NCBI RefSeq assembly: GCF_006345805.1
Contig: NW_021832230.1
Span: forward strand, 62,001 to 126,000
Reading direction: 5' to 3'
DNA: 64,000 nt
DNA from: Octopus sinensis
Taxonomy: Eukaryota
A model generated the notes under the pieces. It was not told where the DNA came from. It did not search any database and saw only the letters and a list, made by a program, of their open reading frames with translations. Shown piece by piece: positions 26,380 to 37,828 of this stretch; position 1 is the first letter of the stretch, and every line of letters starts with the position of its first letter. A program made the translations under genes and the position numbers.

Positions 26380-27720
26380 ACGTCGTATCTAATTCGTCTG
26401 GGACTTCCGGGAGGATGCCTGTCGAGCCAAGAGGGGACAACTGAACTCCTCCGCAATCAGCTTTCATCTGCCTCCTTACCAAAATATCCTCGAGTAAAAT
26501 ACACAAGCAGATTAAAACGTTACCCAATTAGTGAGTCTGAAATCCGAGAAGCAATAATGGCACCCAAAAATGCGGCCCAAGGATATGACAAGATTCCAAT
26601 GATCTGTTTTAAAAAAAACCAAAGTTCGAATCGTTCGAAAACCTAAGAAACCTAAAGAAGAAGCTTCGAATAGGTCTATAAGCCTAATCTGCTCTACATC
26701 AAAGATAATGGAGAAATCATCTACAGAAGGCTAATATTGCATATAGAGAAGAATCACTGGCTCTCTCACGATCAGTGGGGTTTTCGCCCGGGCCGGTCCT
26801 GTGCTGATTGCATCTATCGACTGAATTCGATAATATCTAAGACACAAGATTCTGTTTTATCGACCAGTTTTGTCTGTTTGGATGTGTCGAAGACTTTCGA
26901 CAGTGTCCATCACTCAGTCTTGCTGGAAAATTTTGAAAATTGTGACATCAATGCAGAAACCCTTGGATGGTTAACAAGTTTTTTTAAGGGAGGATCTCCT
27001 TTGTCAAATATCTTGGTCAAGATTCAAAAGCCATTTTCCAAAAAAGGTGAGTACCTTAAGGCTCAGTTCTCAGCATTGTTTAACGGTACATGGCAGACTT
27101 TTCAAAACCTGTGTGCATCTCAACGAATGTGCTTATTTCTGCTGATGACATTATTATTACGGACCAACCAGTCCTTTCGACAACATCGGAAATAAAACTA
27201 AAAATCTACTTAGAGCAAATAAAACGGTGGATGGCACTGAAGTTTTTGACTCTGTCAATTGAGAAGTGCACGCTCACTTGAGTATCAATTGAAGAAATGC
27301 AAAAACCTGACCATACACGATTGACTCTATTCGGAAGACCCTATCGTTTTTATACCGGGGAGTCCAATTTTCTGAAAATGGAAAGTGTGACGAAAACATT
27401 ATTCTAAGGAAAAAACGGTGTACACAAATGATCATGTGCCTTATTAAATTTCGCCTACCCCCTGAGACGGTGCTATTCATTTCCCGAGTAGCTATCCTTC
27501 ATGTGCTGATGTATGAGCTGGAAGGGTGGATTTTTTCTCTGTCTAAGGAAAGAATTATTAAACTACTGGAAAAAACGAGATTAGCGCTCAAGATGGCCTT
27601 TGGCGTAAATCTACGAGAGAAAATAACTAGCTGTCAGGAAACTTTTCCTATGATTGGTGACGTTGTCGAAAGCCAGTTTCGAAAGTTTCTAAAGAAGAGA
27701 AGGAAATAGCCATGGACGAC
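26380..27720 (+). mobile_element. Degenerate jockey/I/CR1-like LINE RT fragment
   Basis: QWGFRPGRSC, CLDVSKTFDSVHH, out-of-frame VPQGSVLS and LISADD (degenerate YADD); several frameshifts. Confidence 0.85.
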
Positions 27721-28368
27721 TTAGTGAATAAGGCCAGTTTCGAAAGCCTTAACTTTATGTCGGGTATTTCTTATCTCATCTTATTTTGGAAGAATAGTCA
27801 TTTACATTTAAAAAATCCACCGAATTCTTTCAAATCGGACTAGTTCTGGTTCAAATTTCATAATAAACCGACCTTCTGACATTAATTTTGGTTCAATCCA
27901 ATTAATACCTCGACAGAAAATCAAAACTAAAAGACGAGATAGCTCAACAAAAAAACGATTAAGATGATAGCGGATTTTTAAAAATGACAGAATTATTTCA
28001 CAATTAACATGTAGTGTTTGAAATTTTCACACAAGAAGGATATAAAACAAATAAAGATCATTCAATGAATCTACTTATGACTAGCTAAAGATAAACGTTT
28101 TACTTAAAATAAAGTGTGTGTCCTATATAATATGTCACATGGGTGATCAGACCCCTATGGGCAACCTGGCCTTTACGTGTTTCCATGGCAACTACATAGC
28201 AGATATTTACTAAAAGGCCAAATAATATAAAGTCAAACGATACGAACTAATGATTGAACTTTAAATTTTTGAGAAAATGATGTTTTATATTTGAACCATG
28301 CTTGCTTTAAAATTAAAATTATTTACAACATTAGCAAATTATAATGTGAATTATTTTTATTTTTGATA

Positions 28369-30105
28369 CAGTCCGACCCCCAAATGGGCACCAAGTGCCC
28401 CAAAAATGCGGGGGTGCCCCAAAAACAGGGGTTTGTTATTTTTTTAAAAATTAAACCATTAATAAACATCAAAAAACATTTTTACTAAAATATTCAGTTA
28501 TTTTCTTTTTATTTGTAGAGTTTTGTCTGATATTGTTCGTCAATTTCAGCCGAAAATCAAAAAATCTCGGAGCATACTTGGTGCAACATTAGAAATTTTT
28601 TCTTCTAAATTGTTAAGCAGATCTTTTGTTTTTGCTACGACATTTTCACTATTTTCGGTTTCTGAATATGTATCATAAACATTATTGTTCATGTCTTCGC
28701 ATTCTCCATCAATTGTTTCGTTAACAACTTGATCTAAATGTTCATCTGTTAGACAGTTTTTTGTTGCATAAGAATCACGGTTCCTGTCGATTTTCTTCCA
28801 ACAATTAACAATACTTTTAGCATCTATTTTCTCCATCCTTTTGAAATTAGCATCATAACCTGACGCAAATTTAATTTACCAATAGAATGTGTAAAATCGT
28901 TTTCGAAATCTTGAAAACATAAAAATTCCATTAAGAAAGAGGAATAATAATCTTTAAAAATCTTGATTATTCCCATATCCAAAGGTTGTAAATAGGGCGT
29001 TGTATTTTTCGTTCGGCAAAAATAAAAATTCGATGTTCGAACATTCGGCAGTTTTATGGCATCCCGCATTGTCAAGTATTAATAATATTTTTCTGTTGTT
29101 TTTGCAAAACGATTCATTTATAAGTGTAAGCCAACTCATAAAGTCTTTCCAGTCATCCATGCATTTTGAGAAGATGAATACAATAACCCAAAATCTTGAA
29201 CATCAAAATTTTTAGACACCGAGGTTTTTATATTTTCCAATAATCAATGGATTAAGTTTTTCCCCGATTAAACTGCAGCATAGAAGAACAGTGAGTCTTT
29301 CTTTCCCTTGTTTATACCACCAAACACGGTTCGCCTTGTTCAACAAATGATTTTTGAGAGTTCTTTTATAAAAAGCGCAGTTTCATCACAATTAAATATA
29401 TTCTCAGGTCCATATTTTAATACTTTCTGGTCATATTTTTCAAAATAATTTTTCACATAAGATAAATCACATGAAGCTTTTTCACCACATATTGACTTGA
29501 ATTGAAGTTCATGCCGCAATTTAAATCTATCAAGCCACCCATTGGAAGCTTTAAAAGAAGTAAATCCAATTTTTGAAGCTGTAACTAAGGCAATTTTTTT
29601 CAAAATAGGGCCTGAAATCGGAATTTTATCTACGCGTAGTCTTTGAAATATTTCAAAGACTTGATCATCAAATTTATCTTTATCGGCTTTAAATGTGTCA
29701 TATTCCTCAGAAATAGTATTGCCGTGTTGCAAGAAAGGTACAATATTTCGTTTTATTCTTGATATTGTTCCTTTACTTGTGTTGTACTTTTTCATTAGTT
29801 GCCTCTCAGATAAATTTTTCTTCAAAATTTCTTTAGCAATCTTCAATTTAGTTTCGTAATCCATAACCACAACAATAAAAATATAAATTGAAAATAAAAC
29901 AAAAAATAATTAATTTATTATAATTTTATTTTTAATTCCTTATAAATGATTTTATGGTGCCCCAAAAATTCCATAATTTTTTATCGATTTTTATTTTTTT
30001 TCTGCCAAAATGTACTTTTGGAATAAAGTGCCCCAAATTGCGGGGGTGCCCCAAAATCCGAGGGTGCCCCACCCCTGGGGTCTGCCCCATTTTGGGGTCG
30101 GACTG
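28369..30105 (-). mobile_element. pogo/Tigger DNA transposon, near full-length, frameshifted transposase
   Basis: TIR CAGTCCGACCCC at both ends with TA TSD. CENP-B-like HTH PISGPILKKIA...FKASNGWLDRFKLRH, NIFNCDETAL, KERLTVLLCCS, LILDNAGCH, TPYLQPLDMGII (DDE_1). Confidence 0.93.
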
Positions 30106-30172
30106 TAATATAAATTGCAAACATTAGCAAATTATATTTACATCAAATTTTTTTTCAAAGTTGGTAACAACT

Positions 30173-30381
30173 TTAACTCTAACCTTAACCCAAACCCTAA
30201 CGTTGGCAAGTGACAACATAAAATATATTCAAAATCTAACCCTAACCTTAACCCAAACCCTAACGTTGGCAAGTGACAACATAATATTCAAAATCAAACC
30301 TAACCTTAACCCAACCCTAACGTTGGCAGAGTGACAACATAAATATTCAAATCTAACCCTAACCTTAACTCAAACCCTAAC
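30173..30381 (+). repeat. ~60-bp tandem repeat x3.4 containing degenerate (CCCTAA)-like hexamers
   Basis: CTAACCTTAACCC recurs at 30179, 30242, 30300 and (variant) 30359. The unit is CTAACCCTAACCTTAACCCAAACCCTAAC plus GTTGGCAAGTGACAACAT plus an AT-rich spacer. Confidence 0.92.
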
Positions 30382-31065
30382 TCGAAATTAAATGATGTTT
30401 CTGCTGACGATTCTTCAGACATTTTTGACAAAAATTGGAAGCCTTTTTGACCAACCGGTGTTTGCTTCGAGCATTCATATCCTCCGGGAATATCCGATTA
30501 ACGTTTCCTTAATTTGATTGTATTCGTTAATATTCTACTGACGTAACCCTTAAACCAGACATCACAAAGTGTGAGTAACCACGCTGTTAAAATTAATATA
30601 CTTTTGGGTAAGCCATTTTTAAAAGATAATTCAAATGTAATTTTTAATTAGAATAATTGATTAATCTACACTCTTCCATATATAAATTGCTATATTCAAT
30701 ATTTAATACCTTTTCTGCGGTTTCCATAGAAACACGTAAAAGGACTGGCTGCCCATAGCGACATAGTCGCCCATGTTACATAATATTATGGCTTTGCGGA
30801 AAAAGCAATATTGATTTTAATGAGTGAGGGAAAAAGAGTCGTAACTAACTTGGAGACAGAGGATCAAAAAGTGGTGTTGGTTACTTCTTCCTCTAAAAGG
30901 AGGAGATTAACCTCCAGCACAACGGTCGGATTAACATCAAATAAATAATATTAACTTAACTAATCTATGTATGTTTTATTAATTTAGTCCAAGATCACCG
31001 AGAAAGATGCAAAAATTAATATTATTTAGTGAACAAATCAGCCCAGACTTAATTAAATTTAGATA

Positions 31066-33041
31066 CAGTCAACCCTCTCTATAATGAACAAAATGTCCAC
31101 GTCAAAACATCATGTTCACTATTGTCTATAGTGAACAAAAGGAATCAAAATAACAATAAACAATATTGAAGTAAATTACAAGATTATTTAGAGATTTTAA
31201 TCATGTATCGGTGATTTTTTGAAATGATTAGTTTGATACAGTATAACCCATTTGGGGCATCATTTTGAAAAATTGCCCCAAAAATAGAGGTTTCCCCCAA
31301 AAATGGAGGTCTGAAATTTTCTTTATTTTTATAAAAATTTTTAATTTTTTAGCATATTTTTCATTAATTTATAAATAAATAAAGTATTTTTAAGAACATT
31401 TAAACCATGTTTTCCACTAATTTATTGATAATTAGAGTATTTTTCAAGTAGAAAAAAATTTTTATTCTATTATACACGAAAATAATCTGTTATTTTGTTT
31501 CCTGTTGCAGATTTCTTCATATGTATGCCCAATATTTTTCTGAAATTGTAATAGTCTTTTAAACGCATCGGGAAACAAACGGTGAATATTCTCTCAAGGT
31601 TATTCAGCTGTTATCGTGTCCAGTGTGAACAGTTGCATTCAGTTTGGTCATATATTGACTCATCATTATTTTCTTCTTCATTTTCAGCAATTACGTCTGC
31701 AATTATCGTGTCCAAATTTTCTTTCTCACTGTTACTAAAAAATTTGAACTAGGAATCTGTTGCCGACAGTTATTAATTGTTTCCCAACAATTCGTTATTG
31801 TTTCAGGATTTAAATTTTGCCATGTTTTTCCAACAATTATTATGACATGACGAAGATTTATTTTTCAAAAACAATTTTTATTATCATTTTTTGGGATAAA
31901 GTATGAGGAGAGCGTTGAATATTTCTGGGAAAATCTGTTTGAACAGCCCCAGTATTAAAAAAATTGAGATAATTTTTTTAATACGTGACACAGCGCCTAA
32001 AAACTTACATTAATAAAAACCTTTACTAATTTTGTACTTATCTACAATATCTCGTTCAGTAAGATGTTTATTTTCACTTAATTCCTTGGCAATTTTGATC
32101 TTTAACTCAAGACTAAGCTTACGAGCCATAACAACAAGAATACAAAATTACACGAGGCTTCCAAATGAAATTTTATATAATTAATTTTAATTTTAATAGC
32201 AATATGTATATAAATTAAAAATCCTGTGCCCCACTTAGAGGTTCCGGTAATTCTAAATTTGGAAATTACCGCATAAAATTTATCCTTTTCAAACTACCCC
32301 AAAAATAGAGGTTTCCCCCAAAAATAGAGGTTCCCCAAGCCAGAGGTCTGCCCCAAATGGAGGTTATACTGTAATTAAATTTCTTCTTCCTTTAAAGCAG
32401 CGTGGATTTTTGGCTTTTCCAATAACAAATGGGTCAAGTTTTTCTCCCATCATACTAACGCAAAACATAACAGTTACTCTTTCTTTTATCGGTTTATTAG
32501 ACAGATTTTTGTCCGAGTCAACAGCTAATGTTCTGTTCGACAAAAGTTTAAAAAAATCCAGTTCGTCCAAATTAAAAAAATTTTTTGAACAATATTGTTC
32601 TAATTTTCTATTGAGGCTTTCTGTAAAATTTTCAATCACAGAGGTTTCAACAAATTGATTTTCCCCACATAAAGCACGGGAAGCAATGCAATATCGATTT
32701 TTAAATTTCTCAAGCCATCCATTTGATGCTTGAAATCCTTGAATATTACAAACTTTCGCCATTTTTAGAGACATGGACTTCAAAAGATATTCATGATTGT
32801 AATCTAAATGTGTTTTTTATATGATAAAAATATTAATTTAATATTGTATGTTCACAAAAATTTGACGTTCACTATCTTTATAGTGAACACAAAAATATTA
32901 AATAAATGATATTATACATTTTTTAAACGTGGTATTCATTTTATAAAAATATATTAATGAGACTATAATATTTGTTATTGTAGATTGCATTAATATGGCC
33001 TGTTCACTATAGAGAGGGTTCACTATAGAGAGGGTTGACTG
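31066..33041 (-). mobile_element. pogo/Tigger deletion derivative (outer), inserted in the last exon of PYCR
   Basis: TIR CAGTCAACCCTCTCTATA at both ends with TA TSD. Transposase remnant FQASNGWLEKFKNRY...KERVTVMFCVS...PFVIGKAKNPRCF at 32372-32783. Confidence 0.9.
31239..32371 (-). mobile_element. pogo/Tigger deletion derivative (inner), nested
   Basis: TIR CAGTATAACC(Y)CATTTGGGGCA at both ends with TA TSD. N-terminus MARKLSLELKIKIAKEL and C-terminal LRHVIIIVGKTWQNLNPETITNCW resemble the 28369-30105 transposase. Confidence 0.88.
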
Positions 33042-33980
33042 TATTTCATTATTTCGATCAAGAATAGCTCTGACAGACTTCGCTATCAAATCAGAAAAGC
33101 CGCCATTTTTAAAAACATTAAATCCAGCCTCGGTAGTACCATTTGGCACTTTAATGGAATTTATAAGACCTTCGGCATCATAATCACTGTCATCCAATAA
33201 TTTTGCTGAGTTAAGCATTGTTGATGTGCATGCTCGAATTGCCAACTCGTAGGGCAAGCCTTCTGCCGAGACGGCTTTGGTTAACTCTGAAACAAACGAA
33301 AGAAACTATTTAAATGGCCAAAATTAATTACAAGACAAATTGCAGAGCCAGAAGCGGCTATGATGTGACCAATAAGACTTTCGTCAATAATTTCTACGAT
33401 TCCTACTGCTTCAAAAATCCACTGATTTAAAATTTAATCAATATTCAGAAATACTTTCGAAACTTCGATCTCCCAACTGGATGCCCGTGCCTTGTTATAA
33501 CAAAGTCCAGTAAATGAACAGCATATTGAAGAGCCTATATTTGGCATAACTCTAATAACGGTTTTTGTGCAATTCATTTGCTACCAATTGGTGGGATTAA
33601 GAATAACCTTTTCCATTGCTTCAATTGTTATTCCTGCTGCAGTCGAGATTACCACAGCAGTCTGGGAAATGCCGTCCAATACGTTCAGTATTTCAAATGG
33701 ACGGACACAAAGAACTATCACATTGCAACTCGATTTGATTTCATTATTAGAAGCGTACGTAATACCAAGGTTCTTATTTTTATTAATTGTAACAAAATAT
33801 TACAGTTGCTTTGCTACTTGTTTGAGGAGAAGATGTTGACGCCTTGAGTCTCTCGGCAGGTAATAAACCTAAATCATATTATTTGAACTTCACAAAACCG
33901 CTCCTCAAAATTCCCTTAATAATTGTTTGAGCGATTTCTCCGCAACCAATAAAGCCAACCACAATCTCCTCATATTGCAT
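32898..33980 (-). CDS. PYCR: Pyrroline-5-carboxylate reductase with transposon-derived C-terminal extension
   Basis: MQYEEIVVGFIGCGEIAQTII (NAD(P)-binding GxG motif); AASGSA; GLPYELA...SIKVPNGTTEAGFNVFKNGGF...VRAILDRNNEI, after which the frame reads into the Tigger TIR. Confidence 0.85.
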
Positions 33981-34723
33981 ATTTAAATTAAATAGCATTT
34001 GTTTGTTTATTGGTAACTAAAATTAAATTATTATTTAAAACAATTAAATAATACACTTTAATAACCAGATTTAGTTATCTTGGGGTCTCCAATTTCTACC
34101 GATGGCATAGTGAAAGCCTTATCGTCTAAATGGGACGAAATTAAACTGCTTACTGATCGGATCCGTAGGTTTGACGTTTTTTCCATTGAAAAACTTCTTT
34201 TTTGTCCGCAAACTGACATACATTCTCCGGTCTTCCATGTGTTTCGTTGCCGCTGATTCATTATCTAGAATCGACAATTTCGGTACTTGTGCATTTCATC
34301 CTGCACGAAAATAGTTTCTAAATGAATTAATGAAAATTTTTATGAATATTAGATCGAAAATTTAAAAAATTAAACTATGCCGAATTTGTAAATTTTATTC
34401 TAATTTTTTTTTAAAAATTTGAATTTTTTACCGGCTTAGTGGTGTCAAAACAATACCGACAAAATTAAATCTGAGCTATTAACGACCACTTGTCTAAAAA
34501 GACACAGTTGTTGGTTAATATAGATGCTTATCATCATTCCCTCAGTGAAAAAATCTGTATTACAACAAAAAAGGTCAGCTGGTAGTACGAAGCGTGATAT
34601 TGGGCGGACAAAATTTGACGATGGCATCTATTAGCTCATCGAAGGAGTTGTCTAAATGGCTCACTTGCCTTCTCCATAAAAATTCTATAAATGTATTAGG
34701 AGTATTTAATACCTGCAAAATAT

Positions 34724-35138
34724 TATTATTTAAAGACCAAACACGGGCAAAGCCAGTTAATTATAGTTATTCCCGTGATCGCCGATCCAAACGAGGGAGA
34801 TCCTTCTGAAAGGTTCAATCCTTCCCGCAAGATCGGCCTGAGACGACGATGTCCCAGGGTCTGAGAAGCTAAGAGTCCTTTTTCGGTAGGCATTAAGTGC
34901 CTCCTGAGCGTTGCCATATCCGGAGGAATTTCCAACTGACATGGTGGACCCCGTAACGCCACGCTAAGCCCGGAAGGTAAGAGATCCCCATTTCCAACTG
35001 TGTCGTGCCAGAAGTACTCGTTGCCTCACGGGCAGGGGAACGATAACGAGAATTTGCCCCAGGATGAAAACTGGCCTCCTTCGGAATCGAACTCACGACC
35101 GTCCAAATCCATTATCCATAGCTTAGTCTTCAGCCAAC
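34724..35138 (-). mobile_element. 415-bp SINE-like retroposon with tRNA-like Pol III head, (TAA)n tail and 12-bp TSD
   Basis: TSD CCTGCAAAATAT at 34712-34723 and 35139-35150. A-box-like TGGCTGAAG (35128-35136) and B-box GTTCGATTC (35084-35092) in a GGTCGTGAGTTCGATTC context. Tail TAAATAATAAT. Confidence 0.7.
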
Positions 35139-35800
35139 CCTGCAAAATATGCACCCATGAAGTGACGCGGGGTCCCCCTTTGTCTCTTATTGCGCCATTT
35201 TGCGCACCCCCACATTCTATATTTTCATAATTATTATCTGAACCTCTCAACATTCTGTGTATGTGCACCTGTGCTCGGATCTACAAAATTTCGTCTGCAA
35301 ATTTATAAACGATTAATGGCCAACTTGTGATTAACTGTAAGGTGCACATAAGCAAGAGCATTGAGATCTGGCGTTGAATAACCTATTAGCAAGAATAAAG
35401 TAGAATTACCCTTCCATTTGTCAGTGTATATCACTGATCCCGGTGCGATATTTTCCTGTATTGCGGCGGTTAGAGTTCTTTTGGAGCGATCTGGAACCAT
35501 CTTGATGAAGCAGTCTTTACTTCCACGACAGATTCCCCCAAACACCCATTGTTGAGGGAGAATCCGTCCTGCATTGTTTTTCCGTTTAGAAAACATGCAT
35601 TCGTCAACTTGGACAACTTTGCCAATACCACCTAACAATCTAATGGAACACTAATACCAATCAGTGTGTTCGGACGATTTGCTAAATAATATGCGCAAAC
35701 CTCTCGCAGGGAGTGAGACCAATTACCAATTGTATGGCTGCTCCATTCCAGTTGACGCCGACACCATAAAATACTGTGTCTGTCGAAACTCCACATGTAC

Positions 35801-35996
35801 ATTATTATTATTGAACCAGAAAACCACCGTCATAGCCAAAAGAAAGAAGAATTCGATCCCAGCCTCCCCCAGCAGTTCGCGCAGCCTCTCCCGATGTTCC
35901 GCCGTTGTCCCGACGCATTTTCGGTACGGACGGGGATTTTCAGGACGAACCTCTCTGTTGTTCCAGGCTTTCGGGATAATCTTTTTTTAAAGCGAA
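35801..35996 (-). mobile_element. ~195-bp retroposon 3' fragment with (AAT)4 tail inside Merlin exon 2
   Basis: A GC-rich block interrupts TLHHVF...YMWSFD and ends in AATAATAATAAT. One frame reads PYRKCVGTTAEHRERLRELLG, reminiscent of a LINE C-terminus. Boundaries are approximate. Confidence 0.55.
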
Positions 35997-36424
35997 TACA
36001 TGATGCGAATACATGATGTAAGGTCACTTTCGTGCCTTCGAGCCACGTACCTAAAAATAAAGTACTCTCTTATACCGTTTCTAATAGAACTATATGTTCG
36101 ACACCCACTTTTATGGCACACCCATGTTGTATTCTCATGCTGTTGGAGAAGGGTCATAAAATGTCTGTTTTGACATTTTTTTTCTTTGGGAAAGATTCCA
36201 ACCTCTTGAAGGAAGGCAACTGACTCCATTTCAGTACGGGGAAGTTCATAGTCCTTCAGTTTTGCAAATTTTCGCATGACAACTGTATCATTCATCTTCA
36301 CAAGCCGGTAAAAAATTCAAATTTTTTTACAAAAATTAGAATAAAATTTACAAATTCGGCATAGTTTAATTTTTTAAATTTTCGATCTAATATTCACATA
36401 AATTTTCATTAATTCATTTAGAGG

Positions 36425-37828
36425 AGTGGCGGAGCTACTCAATGGTATGTTTATGAAAAAGGAATTCCTCGGTCTTGATTCCGGATTATTAATACCGATC
36501 CAAAAGCCTAACAAGCAGGCTGGGCCTGTCGAAAATCTACGCCCTATAATCTTGCTAAACACCTTACGGAAACTTTGGGATTAGTTACACTGAACCGAAT
36601 AAGAGAACAAGTGGACAACTATCTATCCCCGAGTCATAGTGGATTTAGGACAGGAAGATCCACCGCCGATGCTGTTTGGGCCCACAAGTGGTACTGCGCT
36701 ATCACCCAGAGATACAAAAGTGCAACAACAGTCCTGGGAATAGACCTGTCTAGGGCCTTTGACACGGTACGCCGTGGTCTACTCCTCAAAATACTGGAAC
36801 AATTCCTGGACCCTGACTCTGTCAATATGATAAGAGTACTACTATCGAACACAAAGCTCAAGGTGCGGGTCGGCACGGCGTTTTCCGTGAATTCACGTGC
36901 AACGTCGGTACCCCTCAGGGAGACGCCCTCTCGCCGTTGCTATTCGTGATCTATCTGGAGACGGCACTACGAGACCTTCGAAAATTCTATGCTGGCAATA
37001 TCGTCGAAATTGTATATGCAGATGACGTCGACTTCGTGTCAGACGACAAATCGGCCTTACTTCGACTCCTTGAAGTGGCACCTGCTGAGCTGAACAGATG
37101 GTTCCTTAAAATGAACGTTGGAAAAACCGACATCGTTGAAATCATGAGGATGGAGAGCAGCTCAAGTGAAGCCTGGCGCAAAACGAACAAACTGGTTCTC
37201 TACTTGGGGACGGCCATGATATTGTCAGAAGAAAGGCTCTCGCTTGGCCACGATGAACAAGATAAGAAAGAGTGGATCGGCAAACGACGACTCTTACGTC
37301 ACTTCGTCTGAGGATGTATGAAGCCTTTGTCAAACCAATCCTGACATATAATTCGGCGACCTGGGGAATGTCTAGTACTGAACAACGTGGACTCGATTCT
37401 TTTCACCGCAGGCAACTTAGATCCCTACTGGGATTGAACTGGCCTATAAGAATCAACCAGGAATCGCTATACAATAGATGCAGAACTGGCCCTCTGAGTG
37501 TGGAAATCGTCAATATGCGGTGGAGGTTATTTGGCCATATTCTACGAATGGACATGCTTGCCCAGCTAACATAGCAATGGAGGGCTACTTCCTGAAAGAG
37601 GGATCGAGCTTCCGTGGACGTCCACGTGTTACGCTGCCGGAAACACTTGACGGAGACCTGAAATGTGTGAAGAAAAGGCTAAGGAGTGGTGAGGATCTGG
37701 ACGAGCTGAGGAAACTCGCTCACGACAGAGGAGGTTGGAGGAGGCTGGTTCAAAGGATTGTTTTTAATGCTGCACGAGTAAAATTATAACTAATATGATT
37801 CTACGTATGTTGCAAATAATAATAATAA
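36425..37828 (+). mobile_element. 5'-truncated RTE-like LINE with (AAT)n tail and 15-bp TSD, inserted in the Merlin TIR
   Basis: NLRPIILL, SGFRTGRST, GIDLSRAFDTV, IVYADDVDF, WRLFGHILRM, RGRPRVT. TSD TAATTCATTTAGAGG at 36410-36424 and 37829-37843. Confidence 0.92.

Larger units (their letters stand above)
28132..30782. mobile_element. Possible older TIR element defined by ~60-bp degenerate inverted repeats
   Basis: TA|TGTCACATGGGTGA...CTATGGGCAACC...TTTACGTGTTTCCATGG (28130-28195) versus the reverse complement TA|TGTAACATGGGCGA...CTATGGGCAGCC...TTTACGTGTTTCTATGG (30720-30784). No clear transposase was found. Confidence 0.4.
34575..36295 (-). pseudogene. Merlin transposase, 7 exons, disrupted by two retroposon inserts
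   Basis: Spliced product: ...KCQNRHFM...WVCHKSGC...SIRNG|TWLEG...WSHSLREVC...IG|GIGKVVQVDECMFSKRKNNAGR...QWVFGG...GSVIYTDKWKG|Y...VNHK|RNFVDPSTGAHTQNVER|MWGCAK...AYFAE|FLWRR...PPNITLRTTS*. Confidence 0.88.

Noticed and set aside
35020-35075. HDV-like ribozyme in the SINE 5' region
   Set aside because: Stems CTCGTT/AACGAG and TGCC-CGTGA-GGCA exist, but I could not fit P3, P1.1 and J4/2 of the HDV fold. An Infernal search would be needed.
35070-35140. Functional tRNA gene
   Set aside because: It has a B-box and variable-loop-like sequence, but the acceptor and T stems do not pair. It lies within a TSD-flanked insert, so it is called a SINE head.
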